Shown: positions 49,745-63,308 of the stretch, piece after piece
Layout: every line of letters begins with the position of its first letter
Numbering within the stretch: the stretch's first letter is position 1
Assembly: GCF_964204645.1 (NCBI RefSeq)
Contig: NC_134026.1
Coordinates: forward strand, 5,603,950 to 5,667,949
Length of the DNA stretch: 64,000 bases
Direction: 5' to 3'
Source of the DNA: Tubulanus polymorphus
Lineage: Eukaryota > Animalia > Nemertea
The notes under the pieces: generated by a model
Told to the model about the DNA's origin: nothing
Seen by the model: the letters and a program-made list of their open reading frames with translations, nothing else
Databases searched by the model: none
Position numbers and translations under genes: made by a program

Positions 49745-52700
49745 ATGATGACAAACGATGAATGGAGAGAACATAGTTCCAATACTGATAACAGAAAACA
49801 CAGCATCCGGGCCGCTCTTAATTATTACTGTAAGTAATTAGTCTGAGCAGTAATTAGTCAATTTACTTCACAAATTGATCGCGACTAACGTCGCCAACGT
49901 CTCTTCTCAAGTGCGGCAAAGTTTCTTGTCCGTATTTCGTTAACGTTTGCGAGGATTTTGAGATTGATACATTGCATTCCAGAATAATGAAGTTCCGTAT
50001 AAGGCAATTTATGTATATGCGTCGCAGGAAATTAGGCTAATTTCTATCCTGTTGTTAAAAAAATACATGATGATATTGCATTGTCTGATGTGTTACAACT
50101 TATATTAGCACATCAGACGTTGACACGATATCGAACATTCATATTCATCTGACGTTTGCATGCTCGATGAAAGATACATACGTTCGAAATCATTCAAAAA
50201 AGGAAGTTACATAATAAATATCTAGATACAAAAATGCAAAATTTGCGATTCGAAATGCGAAATTTGGAGACATCAAAAATTCACGACAACAGCGAAATTG
50301 GTAAATTCGACCAAAATGATCCGTCACATTATCATAACATATCGTTAGATGATTGCTTATCAAAGAACGTTTTTGTTGCTATCATTATCATTATCAATCA
50401 TTATTATCATAATCATGATATCTTTTGCAGATGAAATTCCCACTAGCGCCAGTCAAGGATCTAACCAAATACCGCCGCATTTGACAATGCGGACAAAATC
50501 AAGGAGTTGGTTTTGTCAGCCATTTGTGAAGGAACATAAAGAATACACGAACTACACGTCTATGCACGGAATATGGCATATTGCAAATACACGAAATTGG
50601 CTTTTAAAAATTATCTGGATTATTGTGCTACTCTTATCATCAATATTTTTATTGTGGCAGATGATCATTTTACTCAGTAGTTACCTTAATCACGACACGA
50701 CCACTAAGGTTACCGTAGAGGTAGGTTTCATTGAAACTTCGAAGGGTTTCCACAGGCTCGTTTTGTGTATTCCCCATAAATACTATGAATTATACATAAT
50801 TTCTACCATTTTTGGATTTGATCTTTAATCTCTGCATAAAGAAATCTGTTTGCGGGCATTTGATTCTGCGATATTGGAATGGCGGTTTTACCAACGAGCT
50901 TCTGAATATACGAGCATGTCGTGTTCGGTTCTGAGATAAATTCTCCCGGTGGGTTCGCACGGGATAAAGTGCTAATTCATTTATTACCCGCTGAATCACC
51001 CACATTTGAATACGGGGATAAATTGAAATTTATGATGATGCGCCATGTGATGATCGTCTAAAATTCACCGCCAAAAGTATGCGCATTAGATAAAGCCCTA
51101 CTATGATATAACCGCGTGCGTGGGTCGTCGTTTCGCGCGTCGATTCCGGTGAATTCAGCCCTCGGATGTAAAACCGACTTCGGGAGTAATTCATTATATG
51201 TTTTTATTGCCGATTCGACATTTATCTACGGTAGACGCTTCGACGGCCATATTTACCAGATTAACGTCTGTCTCGTTTCATTTCGTCTAATATTGCTAAT
51301 TTTGTGGAAATCCACGTATACGAACAGATAACGTACGAACACGTGTAAATAGACATTTTCGATATTCTGTAGAGAATCCCGTAGTAATGAGGAAAACATC
51401 GAGGACCGAAAATGTTTCCTTGAGTTCATAGTTTATTCGACGTTTCGACTATATCCTAATAGGCGAGAAGTCGAATAAGCTATATTTACTCCAGGGCCCT
51501 GTTTTATAGACTGGTATCACCTTTAACCCGGGGGTTTACTCGATTGAAAATGAATTAAGTTAGCCCCCGGTTTAAAGGTAATACTAGTCTATAAAACCGG
51601 GCACTTGAAACATTTTCGGACTTTTTCGGTATTTTTTCGCTATTATTTTGGGATTCTCAACAGATTACAGTGGAACCTCGTTACAACAAACTTCACGGGA
51701 CCAGAAAATATGTATCCAAGTTCGTTATAACGAGGTTCGTCTGTATCATCAACGGAAGTAGTGTCGTTTTATCAATGGTTATTGTCGATATGCGTGGTTC
51801 TTATAGCTTGATCGTTCGTGTTCTCTTATTTTCATGTTCTCTTATTTTCATGGGTTGGACATGGAGGAATCGAGTTTCCGGCCGTTACGATATGTTCCCT
51901 GCAGCCTATCAACAAGACAGCTCTTTTAAGTATGTATATGTTTCCAAACGATTAGATTGCGCTAGCAAATTGTTCTACATTTATTATCATGTCGTCGACT
52001 GCATTAAAACGGAAATTCAAGCTCGTAAATGTGCAAGTCACGTTTTTGCTACATTTCAACTGATTCTCGTCAACGAATGGCCTTAGGGGAAATTGGCAGT
52101 TTAAGAAACTGCTGCAAAAACATCTTTCATTTCACGACATTTTGAGCCGTATGCATTCCAAAAATAGTTTTCTTTACTAACTGTTGCTTTCTTATCTAAA
52201 AAACAAACTATTTTATTTGAGAATTATGGACGCGTATGACAAGGCATTTTGATGGCATTATGGATGTGAGGACGAAAAAACTGTCCTGCTATATGGAGAG
52301 TGCATGTAACTTCGTCATGCATGTTCGGTCCCCATCGTATATTAGAAAGTGTCACAACAACAAAAAATAGTACATTTAACAGATCGTTAATTCCATCGGG
52401 CGTTTAAGGCGTTCACGCGAAGTCACGGTTTAAATTGATATATATCTCTACCGTTTTCAGTGATGGGAATCGACGCGGATAAAGAAGAGCATAGGGATTT
52501 AGTAGATTACATTCTGAGCGGTTTCGAAATCGGCTCGGAAAGATACACGAACGAGCAAGTGCGCTTCTTTCAGAGACAATACCGCATCATAACCGGCAGA
52601 CGTTGGGATTACGACGATATCATAAACAAAATGATATACAGAGATTTAGATATGTTCGCCATACAGTGTCAAAACAATACCGATCAGGATCATAAATGCG

Positions 52701-55700
52701 AGTACACCCGAGGCAGGACGGCTTTTGGCCAATGCGTAGTGATTCATAGCCATTCGGTGGATGCTAACCTGATGCAGTCATTCCCAGGACTAAGTGGTGG
52801 AATGAGTGTCGTTCTTGATTTACATCGTAACGATTTTATGGGTAAGTTATAATAATGTCTCTATGGACTGTATGGTGATGTCTAATTAACAACCAGAATT
52901 GGAGTCAACGTAAATGCGCTGTGGCTCAATTATACTCACATCTGGCATTTTAGTGTAGAAGGGACACAAGCGTATTCGTCACCGGAAGCTCTCGTATCGG
53001 GCAAAGAAAATATGAAAAAATATGAAAAAAGTAATACAAGAATGAAAAAAGTAAATAAATGAAAGAAGTAAAATGAAAATAAGAAGCAAACTCAGTTTGC
53101 AATGCAACCCATAAACCACTGCAGTGCAACTAGGACCAGGTCGTAACTTAGTGGGACTGAATTTGTGAACGACCCCTCCAACTAACTAAGTACACGCACC
53201 GTGGCACGTGCTATACCGTCGCGAACGTTTCGTGTCCTTTTTGATTTTTTTCAACCCCAAAGCAAAAATGGCACTTTTAGTCATCCCCATCAATCCCAAA
53301 AGTAAAAAGGGTTCTTTTTCACAAGACGAGGCAAATAATTTTCAACAAAAGGCACATCATTCTTCAGGATTTCATTTGTATTGCCTGGAAACTACATCTA
53401 AATGCTGTAAATTTTCTAGAAAGCACTTCATCAGGACTACATTTCTGCTTGGAAATTGCTGCAAAAAGCAGTGCATTTTCGAAATTCTCTAGGGGAAGAC
53501 CCCCACACACATCTCCTTTATCATGGATTATGCCCTTTTTTATAAGATGTACATACCCTTATCAGTGGTCGCTGGATCCGGCCCTGCTAAATGCATGAAA
53601 GATATTATCGTGTTTATTCGGCCGAGAAATTCGTGTTGTCATTAGAAGCGAAACGAAACGATTTGAAGATGTACTTATTCATGCGTTTGCTTTTGGAAAA
53701 TAAAGACCAGGCAACTATGAAATATTTGCAACGATTCATTATTATCTTTTTGCATATATTTCTTAACCCCGTCACAGAGAAGCTGGCTATGAGGGTTTCG
53801 ACGCAAAAAATGCCGTCGTTTCTGTATAGGTTCTGACAAGGCCGTCGAATAGTATAAATAATTAATTTACGACAGAAAATCAGCGACGCTCTCTGGAGCT
53901 TTGATCGCGAATTTATTCCGACTCTCTTGATATTCGGCATCAATGGGAACTATTACGACGAACTGTAGCGCGGTCCTGTTTAATAAAATGCGTCGTGAAT
54001 CTGAATTTCATGCGATATTTAACTGCAATAAATTATCGACAGAAGCTAACGATGACAACAGCGATAACGATGAGCTAAATTCCGGTAGTTATCATTGAGA
54101 TAATGCGATTATCATACGATAGATTGTGGAATATATATTTCAAAAATCAGAATTTCAAGCTTGAAGTAGATGGAATACCTAAAACGTCGGCAGAGTAACA
54201 CGCTTTGCATCATTTCATTACATCAGCTCCTTTTAACGGAATTCGCCGGGGAAACTGTTGAATTTGGTTGAGCGATCCCTAAAGATTCAACTCTGAATTC
54301 AAGGTTAATAGATTACCTTATAATATTTACGAGGTGACAAACTTGGAATATTAATTTTTATTCAAAATGAAGTTTTAAACTATAGTGCGGATATGTCAAA
54401 TATGTTCAAAGGAAATAACGCATCTGATTTCGAAAACGGTGTCCGTTATCCAGGGATTTGGATATCCGGTGCTGCCCCCGTTGCTACCTGATCAGTGTTT
54501 CGTAGCGGTGATAGCAATATTTCCGAAAGGTAGATCACTTAAATCTGCCACAATATTTGTGACAATTCTTATATAAGTATACGATATATATACCACAGTA
54601 GTAATGATGGCTTGTAACTGGCTTACCTAGCGAAACTGTTTACACGGTCGATATGTCTGTATTAACCTGACCAATATTCTACCCTAAGCCAAACCCCGTC
54701 AATTTTCATAATTCCAGTTTAAACTTTAATTACAAATAAGCGGTACTTCATAATGTCGTAACTTTTTCAATTCGCTCGATGTCATATCGGAATTAAATGT
54801 CAATAGCCATTTAAACTGAAGTGATACTTGTAATATCGTAAGAAAATGTATAAAGAGGTGAAGCCAGTGAATCATTTCGTTGGTTAAAGCTTTGAGGAAG
54901 CCGAAGTATACATAATTCTTAAGACTACAGGCGGGTGATCGTAATAATTGAAATCAAGTATGAAGATATCCGCTGACAAACTCCCATTCACGCATTGTAA
55001 ACCCTTTTCGAATTTTATGCTCAACCGTAATCAAGCTCTAGTCTATCCTATCGCAGTTTCTGTTAAAAATGTCACATTAAATGGTCTCAATTTCTGCGAG
55101 CGTTACATCGTACTTCCATATGACTTCTACGTATTTACCCCGGCATATCCGGCAGTATTAGCGTGCCTCTCGTTATCAGCATTTTCTGTATACGCAGAAA
55201 ACGTGCATAAAATACGACTGAATTAATTTCTCCTGTTTTCAGAATCTTCCCCCGAGAAATACGATGCGGGTTTGATGGTGTACGTTCACGAGAGACAGGA
55301 ACCGGCCGAACTTGTGTCTCAATTCGGGACGGCCGTTAGACCCGGAAGTGAGGCCTATTTTGCATTTACGGTACAAAAAGTATGTATAACACCCACTGCG
55401 TGATCGAACCTGGACCCATTCAGATTAATGAAATCATCCGCTCACCAACCAAAGCAGTTATTACATCCTCCGTGTTCCTTTTGAACTGCAGTGATAATCT
55501 CTCGTCTGACCTAAACCTCATCATACCATAGAAAATGAACGGATGAAAAGAAGGAGATAAGATTATATTGTCTGCTTATATAGGGTCTGCTTATGACGGT
55601 TCTGCGGACAGGTTCTCGACTAGACTAATACTAAATAATTTAAAAAAAATCATGACTTTATTTCCCTACGTAATATAAGAAGATGAGAGCTAACCTTTTC

Positions 55701-58700
55701 TTAACAAATCATTTAGGTCTGACTGGGGAATTATTGCGCGACATATGGACAGTGATGTCATATTTTTTCTATTATTTCAGTTCATTGACATGCAACCGCC
55801 GTTTGGAGAGTGTAACGAAGAACAAAAATTAGCGCATTTTCCCGAATTCTCGTATCGAGGTTGCTTGTTAGAGTGTGATATACAACATTCCATTAATGTG
55901 TGCAAATGTCGGTACGCCCGCACAGAAAAACCAGGTATCTACACTAAACACATTCTCCAGTAGTCGCCTCTTTTCTCCCTCTCTCTCGACCATCAATTTT
56001 AACTGTAGAATAATTGACAGATTCCATTACGACCCGTCTCCGTTATTTTCAAGTATATCGCTAGGCATGATTTGTTTAACCTCGTGTGAGTGAAATGAAA
56101 GCAATTATGCCTGCTGTGTTAAAAAGGCGGATGATTTCCTCGGAATCACCTTAATGATTCGTCTGTTCGTATTCATTGTTACAGTGCAGGGGGATATGTG
56201 TCTTAGACGCTCTAAAATCCATTTCTGTCTTCGTCTATTCGTCTATTTCGATTTTTTTTAAACGTTTTAAGCCAATTGGCATTCGTGCATAGTTAAAGAT
56301 ATGAAGATGATCTCTTCGATGACGTGTTTGTTTAAGAAGCCATTCTAACGGAAAATGTAATTACTCACTCAAAGCAACGGCAATCATGATCTATAACATG
56401 TTGTGTACACCGTCAGATAGGATAACTTCATTCATCCTGGTGATATCGCTTTGATAAGGATATAGAAAAACATGCATACGTTATGTAAAAGATGAATTAT
56501 TTACAGTAACATTTCAACGTATTCATAATGTTCATCACTAACTTCGGGTCCTTCGTAGCCTTGACCACAGTGTTCTTGGTGGACACTATGACATACGAAC
56601 CATTGACCAGTAATCTCCTTAGGTGTTGAACACGCACGTAATGTGTACATGCCGTATCTACTGTAGTTTTTCGACTAAGTGTCAATAAAACACAAGTATC
56701 CGTTCTCGGCGATGATCTACACGGTGCTATGTTGTCATTTACGGCTTTATCCTTTAATGTTTCATCGTCACTTTTATTGTAGTTGATCTCCACGTCTGTC
56801 AACCACAGCAGTTCGCCGAGTGCTTATACGGTAAGCATTATTATCGCATAAGACTGTTAAACTTAGTGTTGAAACGTGGATGGTTCTAAATTCAAAATTC
56901 AAATCATCTTTTTCTCGTTAATTCAAATAGGAATTACAAATAATATCACATAACCATGTATATAACCTACGAGTAATCATCTCAAGATGATCAAGTTGAG
57001 ATGATTGAGATGATTGTAGATATTAACCTATTTTACGTATTATTCCCATATACAGATCCCACCGACCTAAAAGCATCATTTTCTATTCACCAGTAATTTC
57101 TCTCGTGAATATGCCTATTTAGTAATTTCTTTTTCGCTTTGAATATCACCGCGGGTTTTTTTTTCCCATTTTTACAGGAAGCTCGAAACCTGAAAATCGT
57201 GAACATCACGATGATTTGGCCGAATGTCGTAAAAGCTGCAAACCAGAATGTCAATATATATCATTCGACAGTATTTCGGTATCGACAGCAGCGATGCCGA
57301 CAGCCCGTGCCGAAAAGAAGTGGGCCAAAAAACTTGGCAAGTCCGTGAAATACGTTAGGTATAACAGCCTTCACAAGATATGAGAATATCATCATTTCTT
57401 TACAATAGCCGTTCAATGAACTTTCCACATGGGCACCTCTCAACCGAATACTGAAATTTTATATCGAGTAAATGTTTTATGCATACGCACGTGTTTTGCT
57501 TGGTATTAGCCACACATTTACTGTCAAATAAGGCTATGCGTCGGAACAGCCTGATTTTATATCGATTACAAAATCATACGCTCATCATCTAGTCTCTAAA
57601 CGGAGTGTTTTCATTCGGAAATAACTGCACCAATTTGCCGAGGTCTCGTTAAAACGCACCAGTTAATGGGCTCTTAAAATTAGATAATTGCAGATTTGTC
57701 AAAAATCAATCGTCAATTGCTCTCGTGGCTCGTCTCGAGATTCCGTACGGCTGATGCCACCGCGAAGAGATGTTTCGCATCTTTCTCTCTCGATTTTGAA
57801 AAGATTTGCATATAAATGCAAAAATGACGTTCATCGTGCAACAATCGAGCCGGGAAGTGGCAACAGGATTCAAGCGTTGAGTGTATATTATCAGACAGTA
57901 CGGAATGTGTCACTATACGTACCAGCCCTTTCGATACATACGATATATTATATATACAAGATATTGAGACTCGACAATCATGCTCGTCTGCTTGCTTGCT
58001 ATTTCGGTTCAAATGCATAACGTATTTTTGGACAATAAGTTGCAAAATCAGAAATCCTCGAAGAGCTAACAGTAATTGTAATTTTGTCCCGATGTACTTT
58101 TTTCTTTGTAGAGCAAATATTGTAAAATTAAACTTATTCTTCAAATCTATGGAATACGTGAAGTATGAAAAATTAGAAGCGATTCAACTCGTAAACCTCA
58201 TCAGTAAGTATTTGCATTTGATATTATGCCTTGAGCTCCAAAAACAATGTGTATAGACCAATAGCATACGCGATGCGATGGGCCCAAATCTTGTGACATA
58301 TCAGCAAACAAATACATGCATTTCTTATGTTAGTCATCATTTCTCATTTGACCTGACGATGGATGCTACAAATGTAGTATATGTGGACCTTTCATTGGTC
58401 TCGGTAGAAAATTCATTAAAAGGTTTTCGTTACCGATTCAAAACGAATCATAAGTCTCCAATTCATCGGAGGTTGCCATCCACAATTATGCTATCCATAG
58501 AAAAACGGACGCTTCTGCTGAGAGGGATGTATAGACGACGTCATTTTCACTCGAAACTTTTTGCGATTCTGTGTCCAAATTGTATTATCATAAAACAGTC
58601 TCAACGCTCTTCTCGTCTTCGGCAAAAGCGCCTGTTTAGGCCATTCAGCCGAATCTGCAGATACATAAGTCCCACGTGAATTGTGAGAAAAATACCGAAG

Positions 58701-60289
58701 AGGAGCACATTAATAATACAGGACATGATGCGTAGGATGTACCGAGTCAGTCTCACTTGAAACGAACTACATCCGCGAAATAGATCTTCCGAAGATATGG
58801 TGAGGACGGTATATGATGGCATTATCAAAATATCCGAATACATAAAGAAAAATTGTTCATTAACTTTTCGGGATATATTCACCTGATTGATTACAATCAA
58901 CAAACACAAAACAGAAAATAGAAACATTATGATTTATTGTAAATCGTATGTCCGGTAATGTTTTATAAACGTGCTCCTTTTTCGCCGCTTTATAGCTTCT
59001 TTGGATCAATATTAATGGTTATAGATATCAAAACGGTCTCGACAAATCAGTCATCTCATAGAGTGGTAATCGTGATCGAATTTCAAATGGCCTGTTTCAT
59101 AATGATGAAAATATAGGGCTGACTTTCATCGGGGTGTTCGCGCAGGCGACAATCGACTTCTTAGTATTTAATCTCACAATTCTGCGCACGTAAATCGTTA
59201 CAAAACTCTCACTGTACTGTGTCGCGCCTTTTCTTCAGAGACTCCGCTTTTTAGTCGGTATAATTTCCCGGAAGGAAGCGTCTTTTTGTATATTCATTGT
59301 TTTGCGTACGGGGTCTGGAAGCAGTTAAGATTACGCAATTCTGGGGGCAACAGCAAGGAAGGGCGGATCTGAATCGTCGGTGTAATCAGTAGATTTCAAA
59401 ATCTTGCAGATACTTTCATATCATGAAAATAATAATGATAATTTTTTTTTTCAAATAGAAGAATTTATCATTTATTTCATAATTTGCACAAAATTTGAGA
59501 GTTTTGAGAGGATGTTTTCAGGGGTGGATCCAGACGATGGCAGCACAAAAAGCACCCTTCGTACCTTTGTCCTTTTGAACAACAATACGAATTTTCTTTC
59601 AGGGCAATTTTATCACCCGCAATTAATTACTACCCAAGTTATTGGCCTCAAGCGCCAGAAACTGCATTAAAAATGCCCTGCAATTTGAAAATTTTCCGGA
59701 CACCTTTTATGGCTCTGCGCGGATACTGCCTTTATTAACAGTATGCACTGTCTGCCCTTCCCTACTTTCCTGTCGAATTCTGCCCCTGGTTTTACGGTTT
59801 ACAGTTGCGTAAATATTTAAAGATCTCATCAATTTTTTCATTTAATATAAAGAGAATTCCACACTGATAACAAAAAATGATATTAAGTCCGAAAATGTTT
59901 CCTTGAGGAGGATGAGGAAGATGACTGTTAGGATATAGACGAAACGTTGAATAAACAACTAGCTCAAGGAAACGTTTTCGGACATTTTCGTTGTAATTGT
60001 GGGATTCTCTTCATGTTATCTCCACAACACGAATATAGTGTCTTATCAACGGTTATCATCTTTTTTTGCTTGTATTACAGGTAATATCGGAGGGCTTGCT
60101 GGATTGTGTTTTGGCTTCAGTTTTCTGACCATTATCGAACTATTTCTCTTCTACGTCGGGCTGTGCGTGTGTCGACGAGGAAGCAGACAGGGACAGACGG
60201 GAAACGAGGACGATGACGAGGAACTCGATTCATCCAGACAACATGACAATCCTACCCAACTTTCCGACTTGAGTAGTGTTAAGTTCTGA
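49745..60289 (+). CDS. DEG/ENaC family (ASIC-like) sodium channel subunit, about 550 aa, 10 exons
   Basis: Exons 49745-49829, 50431-50720 (TSMHG gating motif + TM1), 51854-51929 (FPAVTIC), 52461-52841 (TAFGQC...GLSGGMSVVLD), 55243-55379 (AGLMVYVH...GTAVRPG), 55781-55934 (PPFGEC...GCLLEC...CKC), 56783-56830, 57178-57358 (CRKSCKPEC), 58112-58203, 60081-60289 (SNIGGLAGLCFGFSFLTIIE, TM2 with GxS filter). Phases are consistent. The exon 3 acceptor reads GG, not AG. Confidence 0.9.
50380..50420. repeat. Degenerate (ATC/ATT)n trinucleotide tract
   Basis: atcattatcattatcaatcattattatcataatcat just upstream of the exon 2 acceptor. Confidence 0.6.
51367..51663. mobile_element. MITE family A (GAGAATCCC ends), copy 1, carrying a nested element
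   Basis: ctgtagagaatccc...gggattctcaacag; internal ccgaaaatgtttc / gaaacattttcgg. A related copy lies at 59851-60010. Confidence 0.7.
51494..51604. mobile_element. MITE family B (GGGCCC-GTTTTATAGAC ends), copy 1
   Basis: gggccctgttttatagac..acctttaacccggggg / cccccggtttaaaggt..gtctataaaaccgggc. A second copy starts at 63024. Confidence 0.85.
51668..51743. mobile_element. Tc1/mariner(pogo)-type MITE, 76 bp, TA target duplication
   Basis: ta|cagtggaacctcgtta...taacgaggttcgtctg|ta. Confidence 0.8.
59519..59789. mobile_element. CAGGGGCGGATCCAG-type (hAT-like) MITE remnant
   Basis: caggggtggatccag at left, gaattctgcccctg at right. Related right ends ctggatccggccctg near 53572-53586 and gtggatccgcccttg near 61771-61785. 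Confidence 0.55.
59851..60010. mobile_element. MITE family A, copy 2
   Basis: agagaattcc..gtccgaaaatgtttccttgag / ctcaaggaaacgttttcggac..gggattctct. Confidence 0.7.
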
Positions 60290-62210
60290 ACCTGTGAAAC
60301 GCTTCAAGGCCACAAATGCGTGAACTGCTGTAACCACTGTGGGAACATGGATCACGGCCATTCGGGGGCTTATCGAAAATGACATGAAAGTACAACTGTG
60401 GTGCTCTGTTTCCCCTAAAAAAAAAGATTTTCATTTTATGAATCGGAAATAATCGGGTTCGAAATGGTAAATTCCTTTCTACAGAAACATTATTATCAAC
60501 TCCTACTCATTTCTAAAGGCTATTCGAATGAAGAAGAAAAGCCTCCGTTATCAATGGTCGAACCGGTGTACTGTGAAGGCTTAGACATTTTCTATCTATA
60601 CTGTTTTTCTCTATTGTAGATTTAGTAGCATTTTTCAATATACAATAATCTTTTCTCTGTCTATAAGATGGATTTTTCATCTGCTTCAATAACGGGCGCT
60701 GTCATTTTGCTAAACGTAAAACATAAACGTCTTCCGCATTTCAGTTCAAGATTGAATTTGGTTTTAGTATTGCCCTTGAATAGCTTCCAGTTCTACGTCT
60801 CAGAAAAAAACCCATCTCAAACCTGTTTCACAACTCGGTATGAAGCTATCTGCTATTGCTTCGAGTATTGAATAATTACTCCATGGGTATTGCGAGTCAT
60901 CAGAAGCGCCAGAGGCGTGCGCATTATGGGGATTCACTTTGTATTAAATTCAGAGGATGTTACACAGTATTATATGGAATTTTAGGATTTTTGGGGCTCT
61001 CGTGGTGTATTGGAGGGACGCTATATAGAAGGTCGTCGAGTTGAAAATTACGTTAAGCGCTCGGCGACGCATACCAGTGGTATACCGGATCCCCTAACGC
61101 CGACTTAAAGTGATTTTTTTTTTCATTTCAAGAGAATCGAAAAAATTTTGTACAATCGACTTTCAATAATGTTGTAAATACGCGCGGCCAAATGAATATT
61201 TAATGTTCCTTTGCGATATTTAATTTACTGCTTTTTATATGAAATATTTGCTGCTGTTTTTGCTTGTAACGTTGTGTAATAATACATTTATTAATAGCCA
61301 AAACGATTTTATGCGTACGTGTAAATAGAACTGTTGTGAAGTAGGTGACTAGACAATGCTGTATAATAACGAAAATACGACAATAAACGATGCTATATGA
61401 TAGAAAATAAGAGAAATGTTCGGTATTTTTAAACTTTCCATAATCTTACACAGTGCATGACCAGGAGGGCGGGAGTTATGTTGAACAATCAGTTGATCCT
61501 GTGATGGACCCGGGTACTGAAAGGCACAAAATTAATCGTGAAGGGCACACCGACGTGGCAAGCGCCAAAGGCCGGTCGAAGGGGTCTTGTCTCCTCAATA
61601 AAATTCGGGTCTTCTCCGAGGCTATTTGATGGCTGTCATGAAGGATTAATACATATTTCTTTATAAATGAGATTATTGAATTTTTATTAATGAAATTTAT
61701 TTTATGAAAAAGAATTTTCCTCAACATTGTGTGGGAACCTTAAAAAGATTTAGTGGGGACTAGTCCCCCCGTGGATCCGCCCTTGCCAAAGGCCTCACTG
61801 AAAACAGCCGATTACGTGCGTCCTTTGTTTACTTGATTCGTATTCTACCCTAATAATCCGGAAAAAAATCAAGAAATTATAATATATCTTCATCGAAACG
61901 TTCTCGTTTATTTTCTATAAAAAAATGACATTATCACGTCGTATTAGCTGGACATCCGATCAAATAAAATTTGTATCTAAAACGAACAAAACGCATGATA
62001 ATATGCAACGAACACACCGAGTGCACTTGATTATTACAGAGAACGACAAGCCAACATCATTTTGTTAACTTCGATTGGAAAGCACATGTAAAATCGTTTT
62101 TGACGAAATCGGCAACTGAAGAAGCCTAAGTTAACTCTTACAAACATTTTACTTATTAGTAAGTAACATATAAACATTTTAGAAATACCAAATGCCTATT
62201 ACACCACTTA

Positions 62211-62507
62211 AGCCCAACGCACACGGGGAAACATTTGTTTCGCCGAAACAGAAAACACGTTTTCACAAAACGTTTTTCGTAAAACGTTTTGCCCGCAAAC
62301 GATAAAACGTTCAACGCACACGGGACGAAAAACGTTTTCGACTACACAAAACGTTTTTCGCAAATCAAGCAGTGCTTGTTTCGCGAAAAACGTTTTTCAG
62401 TTCGGCGTTTTGTGTTTTGCCTCCCCCGCACACGGCATAGCAAAAAACATCGAAAAAGGTTCTTTTCACGAGGAAAAAAGTTTTTTCGGTGCCGTGTGCG
62501 TTGGGCT
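62211..62507. mobile_element. PIF/Harbinger-type MITE with TTA target duplication
   Basis: tta|agcccaacgcacacgg...ccgtgtgcgttgggct|tta: perfect 16-bp TIRs and many internal AAAACG/CGTTTT motifs. Confidence 0.88.
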
Positions 62508-63023
62508 TTAAAATTACATAAACGATTTATCAATGAAAATCGGCCAATTGATATTTGTAATGTGCTCGACCCTGAAATCCAATACGTATTTCGTTGTTTC
62601 TGGTTAAGCGCATCAAAATAAACATACACGAATAAAATATGATTAGATAATTTGCATTGCACTAGTTCAACAAATAAATCAACCACCTGTCAGGGTTTAG
62701 ACAATTAGACAGGATACTGAACAAGAGAGACAGAGACTGGTCCCACACTATAAATCTGTGGGGAGAGAAAACTACTTGTATGACAAATGTATGTTGAATC
62801 ATTTGAAATGGATGGAATGTAGGATCTTTTCAAGATACAATCTTAAAACATATATTCATTAAAAGTGGAAGCATCTGAACACAAGAAAAAAGATATCGAT
62901 GTACAGTAGACTCCACCCGAATCGGATCTGATCAACGAGGGTTTGATTGAAGTAAATGAAAAAACAAGTACATGCACTTCCATTCCAACATTTAGATATC
63001 CCTAGTGTATAAGTCAATACCCA

Positions 63024-63308
63024 GGGCCCGGTTTTATAGACCGTTATTACCTTTAACCCGGGGGCTAACTTCATTCATTTTCAACTTAGTTAGCCCCTGG
63101 GTTAAAGGTACGTTACACCGGTCTATAAAGTGGGGTGTATCCAGAGGCTAATTTTGAAGGACTTGTCACATCCCAAGCGGGCACCTTCATATCCACAAAG
63201 GTACCGGTAAATTAGGTGTTCGACAAAATAGAAAAGGGCACTCAAAAATTTTGATGGACTTGTACAAGTCTCACAAGTCGCCCTGGATACGGCCCCATCT
63301 ATAAAACC
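63024..63308. mobile_element. MITE family B copy 2, interrupted by a hAT-like MITE (63130-63297)
   Basis: gggcccggttttatagac...ggtctataaa|gtggggtgtatccag...ctggatacggcccca|tctataaaacc, with duplicated (t)ctataaa flanking the insert. Confidence 0.8.

Noticed and set aside
49206-49806. ORFs of 74-144 aa upstream of the channel gene
   Set aside because: No recognisable motifs; they overlap the probable promoter/5' UTR and first exon of the DEG/ENaC gene.
62289-62686. 110-114 aa Arg/Lys/Phe-rich ORFs on both strands
   Set aside because: Largely derived from the AAAACG-rich interior of the Harbinger-type MITE.
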